Assembly (NCBI GenBank): GCA_951812335.1
Contig: OX638293.1
Coordinates: 2,313,584 to 2,377,583, forward strand
Reading direction: 5' to 3'
DNA from: Rhodothermales bacterium
GTDB lineage: Bacteria; Bacteroidota; Rhodothermia; Rhodothermales; VXPQ01
DNA length: 64,000 bases
Shown here: piece by piece, positions 30,878 to 40,083 of the stretch
How positions within the stretch are numbered: position 1 is the stretch's first letter
How the letters are laid out: the number at the start of each line of letters is the position of its first letter
Translations under genes and position numbers: made by a program
The notes under the pieces: model-generated
The model's input: the letters and a program-made list of their open reading frames with translations, nothing else
What the model was told of the DNA's origin: nothing
Database searches by the model: none

Positions 30878-31615
30878 ATGTCTATGCCCTTGCGAAACTT
30901 GTGGCAAACGCCTGCAAAGGCTGCACAGGCACTGGGACGGGGCCTGATGGATCTGGCTTTCCCGCCAGGGTGTCTGCACTGCGGCGGAGGCGTCCCGAGC
31001 GCCTCTATACTTCTTTGCTTTTGTTGCCTGCGCAACGCCGACCGCGCCGACGCGGACGATGTCCGGGAGCGAATCGATCGACTGCCCGGCATGCGCACCG
31101 CCATCGACGGCACATTCGCCTTATGGATGTTCGACAAGGGAGGATTCCTGCAACACATACACCAGGCGCTGAAATACGGAAATCGGCCGCACTACGGCAT
31201 ATGGCTGGGACGTATCCTTGGCCATGCTTTTATCCAAAGCCTCGTTTACCGGCCCGCACCGGATCTGCTTGTGCCCATTCCCCTGCACCGTATGCGGTTG
31301 TGCGAACGGGGGTACAATCAAAGCGAGTATCTCGTCCGGGGCATTACCCATGCCCTGGAAAAACCCGTGACCCCGGAGGTCATCGTCCGAAACAAGGCCA
31401 CCCTCTCGCAAACGGCGCTTTCCCGGAAAGAACGGCTGAACAATCTTGACGGCGCCTTCACCGTGCCAGTTCCGGAACGAATCGCCGGACTACGGATCCT
31501 GCTCGTGGACGATATCCTTACCACAGGAGCCACACTGGGCATGGCCGCAAGCGCTCTCCTTAAGGCAGGCGCAGACGCCGTGGATATCGCCACGCTGGGC
31601 GTGACGCGAATGTGA
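30878..31615 (+). CDS. ComF family amidophosphoribosyltransferase-like protein
   Basis: N-terminal CxxC..CxxC, LKYG, PIPLH, RGYNQS and LLVDDILTTGAT. Confidence 0.92.
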   Translation: MSMPLRNLWQTPAKAAQALGRGLMDLAFPPGCLHCGGGVPSASILLCFCCLRNADRADADDVRERIDRLPGMRTAIDGTFALWMFDKGGFLQHIHQALKYGNRPHYGIWLGRILGHAFIQSLVYRPAPDLLVPIPLHRMRLCERGYNQSEYLVRGITHALEKPVTPEVIVRNKATLSQTALSRKERLNNLDGAFTVPVPERIAGLRILLVDDILTTGATLGMAASALLKAGADAVDIATLGVTRM

Positions 31616-31709
31616 AGGACCCCGGACCGTTGCCGGATACTCTACAGACAAGCATGAAACAGAATGCCGCAAACGGTATATTATTTTTTATAAACCATTC
31701 GCACAAGCC

Positions 31710-31940
31710 ATGATCGACACTCTTTCCATGGCCGAAAACCTTACCGCCGCAGGCATCGAACAGAAACAGGCGAAAGCCATCGCGCAGACGATCGGGCAGC
31801 AACATAGCGAAACCGCGTCGAAGCAGGATATCGACGCGCTGAAAGAGAGTATGAACGCCCAGTTCGCCGCCATCAAGTGGATTGTCGGGGCGCACGCAGG
31901 TCTTACCCTCGTTTTGCTTGCCGCCTTCCTCGCTGGATAG
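31710..31940 (+). CDS. Small coiled-coil tail-anchored protein, DUF1640/CCDC90-like
   Basis: DTL...LTAAGIEQKQAKAI, TASKQDI, then IKW and a C-terminal transmembrane helix. Confidence 0.75.
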   Translation: MIDTLSMAENLTAAGIEQKQAKAIAQTIGQQHSETASKQDIDALKESMNAQFAAIKWIVGAHAGLTLVLLAAFLAG

Positions 31941-31948
31941 GAACACCT

Positions 31949-32092
31949 GTGCGCAGCGAAACAAGCCCCGTAGGTTCGGGCGCTGCCTCCCTGAAGGCCA
32001 GCATCGATGCGCTGAAATGGATTACGGGCGTAAACCTCGCCATTAGCCTTGCCCTGTTCGGCGCCTTCCTATCTTGGGCATTGATACAATAG
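31949..32092 (+). CDS. Truncated second DUF1640-like unit (small protein or remnant)
   Basis: LKASIDALKWITGVNLAISLAL resembles the C-terminal half of the upstream gene; possible GTG start at 31949. Confidence 0.45.
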   Translation: MRSETSPVGSGAASLKASIDALKWITGVNLAISLALFGAFLSWALIQ

Positions 32093-32143
32093 CCGCACGA
32101 ACGAAAATCGTTTCCGGGCCGTATCGCAGCAGGCGAAACTATA

Positions 32144-32185
32144 GGATACTCCGATCAAAACCGCTTCGATCAGCGCTTCACGTTC
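32144..32185 (-). repeat. Partial copy H: right terminus only of the ~253-bp repeat
   Basis: GGATACTCCGATCAAAACCGCTTCGATCAGCGCTTCACGTTC is the reverse complement of the element's right end. Confidence 0.8.
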
Positions 32186-32832
32186 TATCGATACTCCTCG
32201 ACACACAGCGTGCGGACGTACCGCTTGGCTTCCCGTTCGTCGTTGGTGGCCACGACCACGATCGCGCCAGCTTGCAGTCTGGCCTCGATGACGGCGGATA
32301 TCATAAAGCGGCCTTCTCCGTCGAGATGCTCGTTCGGCTCGTCCAAAAGCAGCAGCGGCGGATCGACAAGCAGCGCCGCCGCCAGTTTGACGCGCTGCAC
32401 CATGCCGGACGAGAACGTGGAGACCCGGTCGTGCATGCGACGGGCCAGCCCGACGGATGCGAGCGTCTCCTCGATCCGCTCCTCCTTGTTCGCAAGGCGG
32501 CGCGCCCGGGCAATAAACCGCAAATTCTCCCGGGGAGAAAACCCTGCGTATACATTCACGTACGGCGCTACGAGGCCGGCATACATGGGATGCGCTTCCT
32601 GCGCCAACCCGACCCCGTTCACGCGAAGCGAAACGGTTCCTTCGCTCGGCGACATCACTCCGGCCAGAATGCGAAGCAAGGTGGACTTGCCGGACCCGTT
32701 GACGCCGGTCACGGCAAGGCGCTCTCCGCCGGATAAGGAAAACGAAAGCTCCCGGAAAAGGAGTCGCCTGCCGAACCGGCGGGCGACGCCGCGTACGTCC
32801 AGAACCGGCAGGGCATCCCGGGACTGCATCAT
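32185..32832 (-). CDS. ABC transporter ATP-binding protein, CcmA-like
   Basis: Walker A GVNGSGKST, signature FSSGMVQR and Walker B LLLLDEP. No permease adjacent. Confidence 0.88.
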   Translation of the reverse strand: MMQSRDALPVLDVRGVARRFGRRLLFRELSFSLSGGERLAVTGVNGSGKSTLLRILAGVMSPSEGTVSLRVNGVGLAQEAHPMYAGLVAPYVNVYAGFSPRENLRFIARARRLANKEERIEETLASVGLARRMHDRVSTFSSGMVQRVKLAAALLVDPPLLLLDEPNEHLDGEGRFMISAVIEARLQAGAIVVVATNDEREAKRYVRTLCVEEYR

Positions 32833-32920
32833 GTTCCCTGGATAATTTCTGTAGGGATTGGGTACGCCTTGTGCAGGATGGCGCCGAAGCTCCAAACTTT
32901 GGAAACGATGGGAGCGGTAT

Positions 32921-33345
32921 TCATTTGCCGGCATTCCTCCGTTCGATTTGTTCAGCCAGCGCCTCGCCAGCGGCAGTGCGGCGGTAGCGCTGGTGGCGAC
33001 TGGTCGGCTTGTTCGGGAGAGTCATTTCCATCAGGCCGGCCTTGAGTGCAGGCTTTAGGTGCGACGCAAGGAAATGGGGCCGGTCTTTGAGTTTCAATCC
33101 CGCCTCTTCAATGGCGCCGATGGGGAAATTCCAAAATCGCTTAGCCTCCGGCTTGTGAGGATACTTGACCACGGTTTCGTTCAGGTAGTTCCGTTCGATG
33201 TAACCGATCGCCTCGCTGAGAATGATGGACAACGGCCCGCGAAACTCCTTCTCCTCGAACTGATCGCCGCCCGGCCCATCGGGAAACCAGACCACGTCAA
33301 TCCGGGTGATCGGAAAAAACCTGTCTGGCCCGTTGGCGCTACGGT
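32921..33345 (-). pseudogene. Remnant of AlbA_2/RecG-like ATP-binding regulator with large internal deletion
   Basis: PDRFFPITRIDVVWFPDGPGGDQFEEKEFRGPL...NFPIGAIEEA is joined directly to the C-terminal winged helix HLKPALKAGLMEMTLPNKPTSRHQRYRRT. No plausible start. Confidence 0.7.
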
Positions 33346-33740
33346 TCAGCAGTGTTCGGCAATTGCAACGCGGCGATATCAAACGTGTAAACGATATTCA
33401 ATCCATTGCCGCGGGTTGCTGTCTTCTGCGCCTTGTACACGATCAGGGCATCGACGAAGTCCGCGCCTGTCTCACAATATGCCTGCAAGGCGCTCCAGAC
33501 CACTTCATCATCCTCAAAGAGAACTTTGGGTTCTTGCAACAGATTGTCGATGACGGAGATGAGGTCAGCCTTGGCCGCACAATACCGGCGTCCCATCAAC
33601 GTCCACAACGTCTCCGCCAACACAACGTCCGTAATAAGAATGCGATCCGCACATTCAAAAACACGACACGCTCTTTGAGCTTGCGCCTCGTCGTCTCTCA
33701 GAAGATAGCGGAGCAAAACATTGGTGTCGATCGCAATCAA
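33339..33740 (-). CDS. vapC: PIN domain toxin, VapC family
   Basis: IDTNVLLRYL, VLAETLW, DFVDALI and TFD acidic PIN residues. Confidence 0.93.
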   Translation of the reverse strand: MIAIDTNVLLRYLLRDDEAQAQRACRVFECADRILITDVVLAETLWTLMGRRYCAAKADLISVIDNLLQEPKVLFEDDEVVWSALQAYCETGADFVDALIVYKAQKTATRGNGLNIVYTFDIAALQLPNTAEP

Positions 33741-33973
33741 GGCGTGTATCCCCGCTTCCGTTCAATGGCTTCTTGAAGCGACTGGTCATCGGAGACCGTC
33801 TCGTCCGCTCGAAGATGAGCGAGACATCCCCAGGCGCTGCCGGGCTGCTGGCGCACCAAAGTGATGCGCCCCTTGGCAACGAAACTCCGGCATTCGTCGC
33901 CAGGCTCTATGCCGGCCGATCGGCACTGGTTGGCCGGTAAGGTAAGTTGGCGTTTGGCGCTGACTTTGGGCAT
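33737..33973 (-). CDS. AbrB/MazE/SpoVT family antitoxin
   Basis: KVSAKRQLTLP...GIEPGD; 4-bp TTGA overlap with vapC; GGGAGA RBS. Confidence 0.9.
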   Translation of the reverse strand: MPKVSAKRQLTLPANQCRSAGIEPGDECRSFVAKGRITLVRQQPGSAWGCLAHLRADETVSDDQSLQEAIERKRGYTP

Positions 33974-34008
33974 AGTCGTCTCCCATGGATGTTACGGATT
34001 GACCATGG

Positions 34009-34037
34009 AATATATAATTCTCCTTACTTATCGTCAA
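34009..34037 (-). promoter_or_regulatory. Sigma70-like promoter of the toxin-antitoxin operon
   Basis: Minus strand TTGACG-17 nt-TATATT, about 35 nt upstream of the antitoxin ATG. Confidence 0.65.
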
Positions 34038-34145
34038 TATGTAAAGAAGTATCGTCTCAGGGACAATTCATGCCGCCAATATACGCCCCCATGAACTCAC
34101 AGGGTACTTGGGCAACGATTTTGCCCTGCACAGGGCTACCCCCCC

Positions 34146-34841
34146 TCACGAACCACCGCCATCCGGAACGAGGTCGCAGAATACGAACCGGTCGCGTTCG
34201 ACAACCTGCCCGATAGATATACGTACCGGCCACTGGAAAATCGGCCCGTCGAACACGAACGTGTGGAACTCGCCGTTCTCGCCGCACGGATCGACCTCCG
34301 GCGGAAGATCCGCAATAAAAGCCTCATCGAATAGGCGTCCGGCGAAAGACGCATCGAGCACCGCCGGGTTTACGCAGACCACGACAGCCTTGAATCCGTC
34401 CGCGACGAACCGGTGCGCAAGTTCTGTGGTGTCACACTTCCAGATCGGAAAAAAGCACTCGAGCTTGCAGGCCGCCAGTTGCTCTTCGCGATAGACCCGA
34501 AGATCTTCCAGAAAGATGTCCCCGAAAGCCACGCGCCGTATGCCCTCGCCCTGCAATCGGGCGAACGCATACCCCATTTCGCGTTCGTAAACCGCGTTGG
34601 AGGAACTGGGCGGCATAGTGACTTCCGTGACGGGAATCCCTATGGCGTCGGCCTGTTTCCGTACGAGCGCGCGGCGAACGCCGTGCATGGTTACCCGGTC
34701 GTAGGGAATGGTTACCGTCGTCAGCAAATCCTTGACGACATACGTTCCGGCGCGACGGATCTCATGCAACGCGATCGCGCTGTCCTTGCCCCCGCTGAAG
34801 CACATGGCGATAGATTCACGGGTATGCATAGGGAGGCTCAT
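34146..34841 (-). CDS. Dph6/MJ0570-related ATP pyrophosphatase (DUF71)
   Basis: FSGGKDS PP-loop, VAFGDIFLED and VDPCGENGEFHTFVFDGPIF. Confidence 0.9.
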   Translation of the reverse strand: MSLPMHTRESIAMCFSGGKDSAIALHEIRRAGTYVVKDLLTTVTIPYDRVTMHGVRRALVRKQADAIGIPVTEVTMPPSSSNAVYEREMGYAFARLQGEGIRRVAFGDIFLEDLRVYREEQLAACKLECFFPIWKCDTTELAHRFVADGFKAVVVCVNPAVLDASFAGRLFDEAFIADLPPEVDPCGENGEFHTFVFDGPIFQWPVRISIGQVVERDRFVFCDLVPDGGGS

Positions 34842-34915
34842 ACTGTGAACGGCTTGTAGAAACGGCCCGCGTACAAAGCGAGCCTCTTCACTGGGCCAAA
34901 TGCCTTCTTGCCTGT

Positions 34916-35165
34916 CTATCTTTCGAACAACTCCGCTACATCCAACGCGAAGCCCGGCAATACCTCCCGGTCCTCAAGACGATCTCCGTCCTTGAAAAGC
35001 ATCAAGGTCTCATCCGGCCGGTGAATAACCACAGTGCGCGCCGTCGGATCCACGATCCAGACGCGAAGCGCTCCTGCGCCGAAGTAATCCTCCATCCTTT
35101 CACGCATCTGCCGGGGCGTATTCGACGGGGACAGCAGATATCGGGCGCGCCGCGAACCCAGCCCC
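34916..35165 (-). pseudogene. Uma2 family (PD-(D/E)XK) endonuclease C-terminal fragment, frameshifted
   Basis: GAPDI then, after a frame change, LSPSNTPRQMRERMEDYFGAGALRVWIVDP...VLPGFALDVAELF. N-terminus absent. Confidence 0.8.
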
Positions 35166-35199
35166 CGGGCTCGTTATCGGTGCTACGTCGGCGCAACAA

Positions 35200-35354
35200 C
35201 ACCGCAACGTCTCAAAGAAAAGCCCGAGTGCTTCCTGAAGATTGTCATGCGCTTCCGCTACCGTCTTCGCCTGACTCGCGACATCCACTTCGGGACATAG
35301 GGCCACGTAGCCGTCGTCCTCACGTTCAATGATCGCTGTCAAGTGTCTATTCAT
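35200..35354 (-). pseudogene. HicB-family antitoxin N-terminal fragment
   Basis: MNRHLTAIIEREDDGYVALCPEVDVASQAKTVAEAHDNLQEALGLFFET, then homology is lost. No hicA seen. Confidence 0.8.
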
Positions 35355-35667
35355 GATGTGTTCTTGCAACTTGATCGACCAGTTCTTACTTCCCCGCGTC
35401 GGTTCGATTGGCTTCGATGCCCCTGTTGTGGTCATGTCGCACCCCCTGCTTGCCCGTTGGCTCACACGGCCCAACCTTGTAGAAGCAATCCGCCCCGACA
35501 GATGTAATTTCGTACTCCGACTTGTCGAAAGCAACCGCCGGACGGTTACGGCCGACCCCGAAAATCCGGCATACTCCCCCGGCAGCGCCAGATACCTATA
35601 CTCTCCAGTGGGTCTGCGATGCGGCTTTATAGCCCTCACAGTCTCCACCTCAACCTCCCCGATACGC

Positions 35668-35696
35668 AAAAGAGGCGGACCGGAATCCGGCCCGCC
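35668..35696 (-). terminator. Rho-independent terminator downstream of the 36221-35757 gene
   Basis: GGCGGACCGGA-A-TCCGGCCCGCC stem-loop, followed on the minus strand by TCTTTT. Confidence 0.55.
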
Positions 35697-35756
35697 CCCT
35701 CGAGGCGCTCGGCACAACATCGCCTTTGCGGCAAGCCGTGTTTTGGAGACGGTCCC

Positions 35757-36221
35757 TTACAGCGAACCGGTCGTCTGCGTCGTGTGATACTCCGAAAGCA
35801 CGCCGGCAACCAGCGACCGGTACTCCACATCGCCCATGCTGTCCAGGTGCGACAGATGCCGTTTAGCTCGCCAGGAATCGATGGAACGCAGCGCCGCTAC
35901 GGCCAGACGCCGGTTCGACTTCGATTCGTCCTCTTTAGCTACTTCGGCAAGCAGCGCCGTGATTCCGCCCAAATCAACCTGGTCGAAATCGAGCGTCGCA
36001 TAAACGATCACGTTCTTCAGCGTTTGGCTGCGCACCTGCGCATGCGGCGACTGAAGAGATGCAACGATCTGCCTGGAAACCAACTGATCGAGAACATTAG
36101 GGTCCGTAGGAACAAGGTCGTTCTGAGACCACGCCGGTGCAATCGGAGCGAAGCCGACCGCCAGTATGGGAACGAAAAGAAAAAGCGCTTTCAATTTTGA
36201 AGGAATGAAACGCGTATTCAT
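35757..36221 (-). CDS. Hypothetical secreted helical (HEAT-like) protein
   Basis: Signal peptide ending AWS-Q; VRSQTL and RRLAVAAL helical repeats. Confidence 0.7.
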   Translation of the reverse strand: MNTRFIPSKLKALFLFVPILAVGFAPIAPAWSQNDLVPTDPNVLDQLVSRQIVASLQSPHAQVRSQTLKNVIVYATLDFDQVDLGGITALLAEVAKEDESKSNRRLAVAALRSIDSWRAKRHLSHLDSMGDVEYRSLVAGVLSEYHTTQTTGSL

Positions 36222-36358
36222 GGCAATCCTCAGGGTGAAGAGGTGATAAAAACGGTTCCATGCCCAGGATGAGCACGCTCCGTTTCGAGCGTTTGGAACA
36301 AGTGCCGTCTACGGAAGGCTCCGGCAATAGTTACAGGGAGTCTACCGGATAGATCTTG

Positions 36359-36856
36359 TTACTCGCTGAGAAGAGAAGCCGCCGTCATTGCGCGGCGAAT
36401 ATGCTCCTCCAACTGCTCCGGACTGTCGCTGCCCACATACAGTAAGCGATCATCGGCGAGCGTCAAAACCACGGCCTGATCGCCGCGGGCCGTCCAGGCT
36501 TTCTTTTTACCCATTCCACGTATACCCCACCCCCCGAATTCGGCGATAGGGCGATATCGCACGCTTTCTATGGAAACGATGTCGGCGAACGGAATCGATC
36601 TCTTCACCAGCGGAATCGAGCCCATGTATATGAGCAAGCGTGTTTCCTGTACCATGGCTGTAAGCCCGCCGAAGATAAACCGAATGGCGACGCCGATGCC
36701 CAGGATGGCTACGATGGATATAACCCGGATCGTTATTCCGGAGTCCGTACCCCATCCGAAAACAAAAGGAAGCGTGGTTGCGCCAAGGCTCCCCCATACT
36801 ACCAGTTCAACCCATCCGGGCCAGGCGGAAAATTCGCGGTAGGAAGTGGATTCCAT
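36359..36856 (-). CDS. Hypothetical membrane protein (two TM helices plus PH-like domain)
   Basis: YRPIAEFGGWGIR...AWTARG...LYVGSD.PEQL pattern of small membrane proteins. Confidence 0.75.
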   Translation of the reverse strand: MESTSYREFSAWPGWVELVVWGSLGATTLPFVFGWGTDSGITIRVISIVAILGIGVAIRFIFGGLTAMVQETRLLIYMGSIPLVKRSIPFADIVSIESVRYRPIAEFGGWGIRGMGKKKAWTARGDQAVVLTLADDRLLYVGSDSPEQLEEHIRRAMTAASLLSE

Positions 36857-36859
36857 GCC

Positions 36860-37741
36860 CTACTCCTCCAGACGCTCGATCGGCTCTTGCGAACCGGTCA
36901 GGATGACGCGGCTCCATGTGGAATCGTCGTCCCCGTCTCCGTACACCATGAAATGCCCACCGTATGCCCCGCCGTCGGGATCGCAATGCACAATCATGAG
37001 GCTGTACTCGTCCCCGTTGGCAGGCGGCGACATCCAGCGCGGGTCGCTGACCGGAAAGAACGCATCCATACGCACGCGGGCCTCGAGTTTGAAATCCCCG
37101 GCGCCGGTTCCCCAGGGATCGAATTGCAACGCATAATCCACCATATCGTCCGGCATCGGCGATTCCTGATAGGTATCCTCCGGAGTTCCGTAGCGCCACC
37201 AGGCCCCGTAATCCGGCATGGACACATCCGCTACGAAGCAAAACGCATTGTCGCCGCGTCCGAATCGTTCCGGCGCCTCGTCCCTGGGCGCCTCCATGAA
37301 CCAGCAGATGGAGTCCTTGAACATCCAGCGGCGGGGCGCGGGATCCGGATCGTCGACATCGTTCACGTTGTCATGTACCTCGGCGCCGAAATACAGGTAT
37401 GACTCATCCCACGCCATGTAGTACCGGGCGCGCAGATCGTCCTCCGGAGCCGGTTCGTCGGGAACCTGATCCGTCAAGCGGTTGCGGGCGCCGCCGTCGT
37501 ACCAGGACGCATGACGCAGGCGGTAGATATCCCACACACCGTCGTGGTGGGCCGCCTGCTTCCATTCGTCAAGGTTGCCGTCGATCACGGGAGCATCCGC
37601 AAGATACGGTACGTGAAGAGGCGGGGGTTCTACCAGCGTCTGGCCCTGCGCATACGGAGCGAAAAACGGCAGGAGGACAACGAAGGTGAGGATCGGGGCA
37701 AAAGGAAAGCGGAACATGGTCGTAATCTCTGGGAGGAGCAT
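36860..37741 (-). CDS. Secreted CBM9-like/DOMON sugar-binding domain protein
   Basis: Signal peptide; PVIDGNLDEW, MAWDESYLYFGAEVHD and DSICWF. Confidence 0.72.
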   Translation of the reverse strand: MLLPEITTMFRFPFAPILTFVVLLPFFAPYAQGQTLVEPPPLHVPYLADAPVIDGNLDEWKQAAHHDGVWDIYRLRHASWYDGGARNRLTDQVPDEPAPEDDLRARYYMAWDESYLYFGAEVHDNVNDVDDPDPAPRRWMFKDSICWFMEAPRDEAPERFGRGDNAFCFVADVSMPDYGAWWRYGTPEDTYQESPMPDDMVDYALQFDPWGTGAGDFKLEARVRMDAFFPVSDPRWMSPPANGDEYSLMIVHCDPDGGAYGGHFMVYGDGDDDSTWSRVILTGSQEPIERLEE

Positions 37742-37843
37742 CTACGGCAAGTACGTTACCAGATCAGTGTAAACGGAATGTCATGACGAAGCGGGCTACA
37801 CAAAAAACAATAAAACAAAATTCGTCAACAGGAACACCGGGTT

Positions 37844-38977
37844 TCATATCGTTATCCAGCGCGCCTCCCGGTGACTCCGGAGAATGGCGTCGCACAACAC
37901 GATTTCCTTGTGGCCCTCCTCGAACGAAGGATACAGCCGCTCGCCCGAGCCGCCGCTTTCCACTGCCTCGTAAAACGCGCGGAAACAGTGCTTGAACGTA
38001 TCCGCAAAGCCTTCGTTGTGCCCGCCCGGATAGCTGGTAAATCGTCCGGGAAGATCGTGCAGCAGCGCCGGATCCCGGACCAGCGCTTCGCTGGGAACAT
38101 TGCGGCGCCCCACCCGGAGTTCGTTGGGGAACTGGCTGCTCCAGGAAACCGACTGCTCCGCGCCGGAGATTTCGTACCGCAGGCAATTCTTGTATCCCGC
38201 CGTAACCTGGGAAACCCACAGGCAGCCCCGGGCGCCCCCCTTGAAACGGAAAAGCACGCTGCCGCAATCTTCCGTGTCGATTGCGATAGCTTCCGTATCT
38301 CCTTCGTAGGTCCCGCTGAATGTCTGAACCTCGCCTGTGGGCCGCTTGCGTACGGGATGCACGATCTTCAGATCCGCCAGTACCGCCTCGACCTCCAGCC
38401 CCGTCATGGACGTGACGAGATCGATCCAGTGCGTGCCGATGTCGGATACGGCGCGGAGCGGACCGCCCTTGTCGGACAGTACGCGCCAGTTGTAGTCCGT
38501 GTCGTACAAAAGCCAATCCTGCACATAGCTGCCCACCACCGAGTGCAGTGCGCCCAGTTCCCCGCCGGCGATCATGCTCCGGACCTGCAGGTTCATGGGA
38601 TAGAACCGCTGATTGTAACATACGCCCGCTTCCAGTCCCAATGCGCTTGCGGCCTCTACCAGCGCTGCCGATTCCTCCGCATTCATGGCAAGCGGTTTCT
38701 CGCACATCACGTGCTTGCCGGCTTCGAGCGTACGCATGGAATATTCGTAATGCAAAACATTCGGCAAGGCGAGATGCACCGCCTGCACATCCGGATCGGC
38801 GAGCATTTCGTCGAGGCTTGCATAGGCCCGCGGCAAGCCCAGAGCGAGGCGGGCCTGTTCGGAGCGTTCCGGGCTGCTCCCGAGAATGCCCGTCACACGG
38901 ATATTTTTCAGCCGCCGGAGGGCCTCGACATGTACGGGGCCGATGAATCCGGAGCCGGCTACGGCTACTCCGGTCAT
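37844..38977 (-). CDS. Gfo/Idh/MocA family oxidoreductase, cytoplasmic
   Basis: GSGFIG, CEKPLA and DIGTHWID. Confidence 0.93.
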   Translation of the reverse strand: MTGVAVAGSGFIGPVHVEALRRLKNIRVTGILGSSPERSEQARLALGLPRAYASLDEMLADPDVQAVHLALPNVLHYEYSMRTLEAGKHVMCEKPLAMNAEESAALVEAASALGLEAGVCYNQRFYPMNLQVRSMIAGGELGALHSVVGSYVQDWLLYDTDYNWRVLSDKGGPLRAVSDIGTHWIDLVTSMTGLEVEAVLADLKIVHPVRKRPTGEVQTFSGTYEGDTEAIAIDTEDCGSVLFRFKGGARGCLWVSQVTAGYKNCLRYEISGAEQSVSWSSQFPNELRVGRRNVPSEALVRDPALLHDLPGRFTSYPGGHNEGFADTFKHCFRAFYEAVESGGSGERLYPSFEEGHKEIVLCDAILRSHREARWITI

Positions 38978-38990
38978 ATTTTTTTTACTT

Positions 38991-39953
38991 TTATCGCAAC
39001 CATGCTTTCTTGACGTCGGGATTCCCGGCCGTGTTCAGCACATCCATTTGATCGTCGGACAACTGTACGTCCACGGCGCCCAGATTTTCCTCCAGCTGCC
39101 CGACCCGGCTACCGCCGAAGAGCGGGAGAATTTCGTTTCGGAGCATCCAGGCAATAAGCACCTGGTTCGGGGTGGCGTTCGCTTCCGCTGCGACGCTCCG
39201 GAGCGCTGCAAGGCGCTCGTCCGATTCCGGCCCGGCAAACTGGGCGGGCACAGGCCGGTCATCCCGTGTGTAGGCCCCCTGCAAAAGCACGGAATACCCG
39301 ATGAGGGTAATCCCGTGATGGCGGCAATACCGCTTCATGTCTTCGGTGACGAAGATTTGCGGGCCGAAATCGGCGCCGTGACGAGGACGCAGGTAGGTAA
39401 AGCGCTGCTCGACGGCCTGATACGGCGTCCAGCCCCGTTCCTCGGCCAGCTTGCCCGCCTCGGCAATGCGCCAGAGCCACACGTTGCTTGCGCCGATCGT
39501 GCGCACCTTGCCCTTCCGGATCAGCCGGTGAAATGCTTCCATGGTTTCTTCCATAGGCGTATCGAAATCGTCCCGGTGGGCGTAGTAGACATCGATATAA
39601 TCGGTCTGGAGACGAGCAAGGCTTTTCTCGCATTCCCGCTCGATCTCGTCGGCGGAGAGGCCCCCGTCGCTTCCGGGATAATCGAATCCCAGTTTGGAGG
39701 AAATCTGAATCTTGTCGCGGATGCCGCGCTCCTTCATCCATTGACCGATCGTCGTTTCGCTCTCGCCTCCGGAACAGCCTTCAACCCAGCTCGAATAGAA
39801 ATTGGCTGTGTCGAGAAACGTGCCGCCCCGGTCGTAGAACAGATCGAACAAGGTAAAGGACTTTTCGCGGTCGATGCGGCTGCCGATCAGGTCCGTGCCA
39901 TAAGACAGCGCAGACACTTCCACGTCGCTATGGCCGAGTTTCCAGGTTTTCAT
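38991..39953 (-). CDS. Aldo/keto reductase
   Basis: Start MKTWKLGHSD; FLDTANFY, SETTIG, LQTDYIDVYYAH, IGASN and QLEENL. Confidence 0.93.
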   Translation of the reverse strand: MKTWKLGHSDVEVSALSYGTDLIGSRIDREKSFTLFDLFYDRGGTFLDTANFYSSWVEGCSGGESETTIGQWMKERGIRDKIQISSKLGFDYPGSDGGLSADEIERECEKSLARLQTDYIDVYYAHRDDFDTPMEETMEAFHRLIRKGKVRTIGASNVWLWRIAEAGKLAEERGWTPYQAVEQRFTYLRPRHGADFGPQIFVTEDMKRYCRHHGITLIGYSVLLQGAYTRDDRPVPAQFAGPESDERLAALRSVAAEANATPNQVLIAWMLRNEILPLFGGSRVGQLEENLGAVDVQLSDDQMDVLNTAGNPDVKKAWLR

Positions 39954-40083
39954 GAGGATGGTACAGGGATGGCTATTTGTGAAAAAAGAACGGGGATCGT
40001 GCGGCGTGCAGCGTGATCGGCAAAAAACCGGATCAAACGACACATGATGCATCAGGTGATCGTCAAACCATACGCCATGCCCG

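Noticed and set aside
35360-35660. Possible serine-protease-like fragment (YAGFSGSAV) upstream of the HicB remnant
   Set aside because: Only a weak short motif with no supporting His/Asp motifs; cannot be supported without a search.
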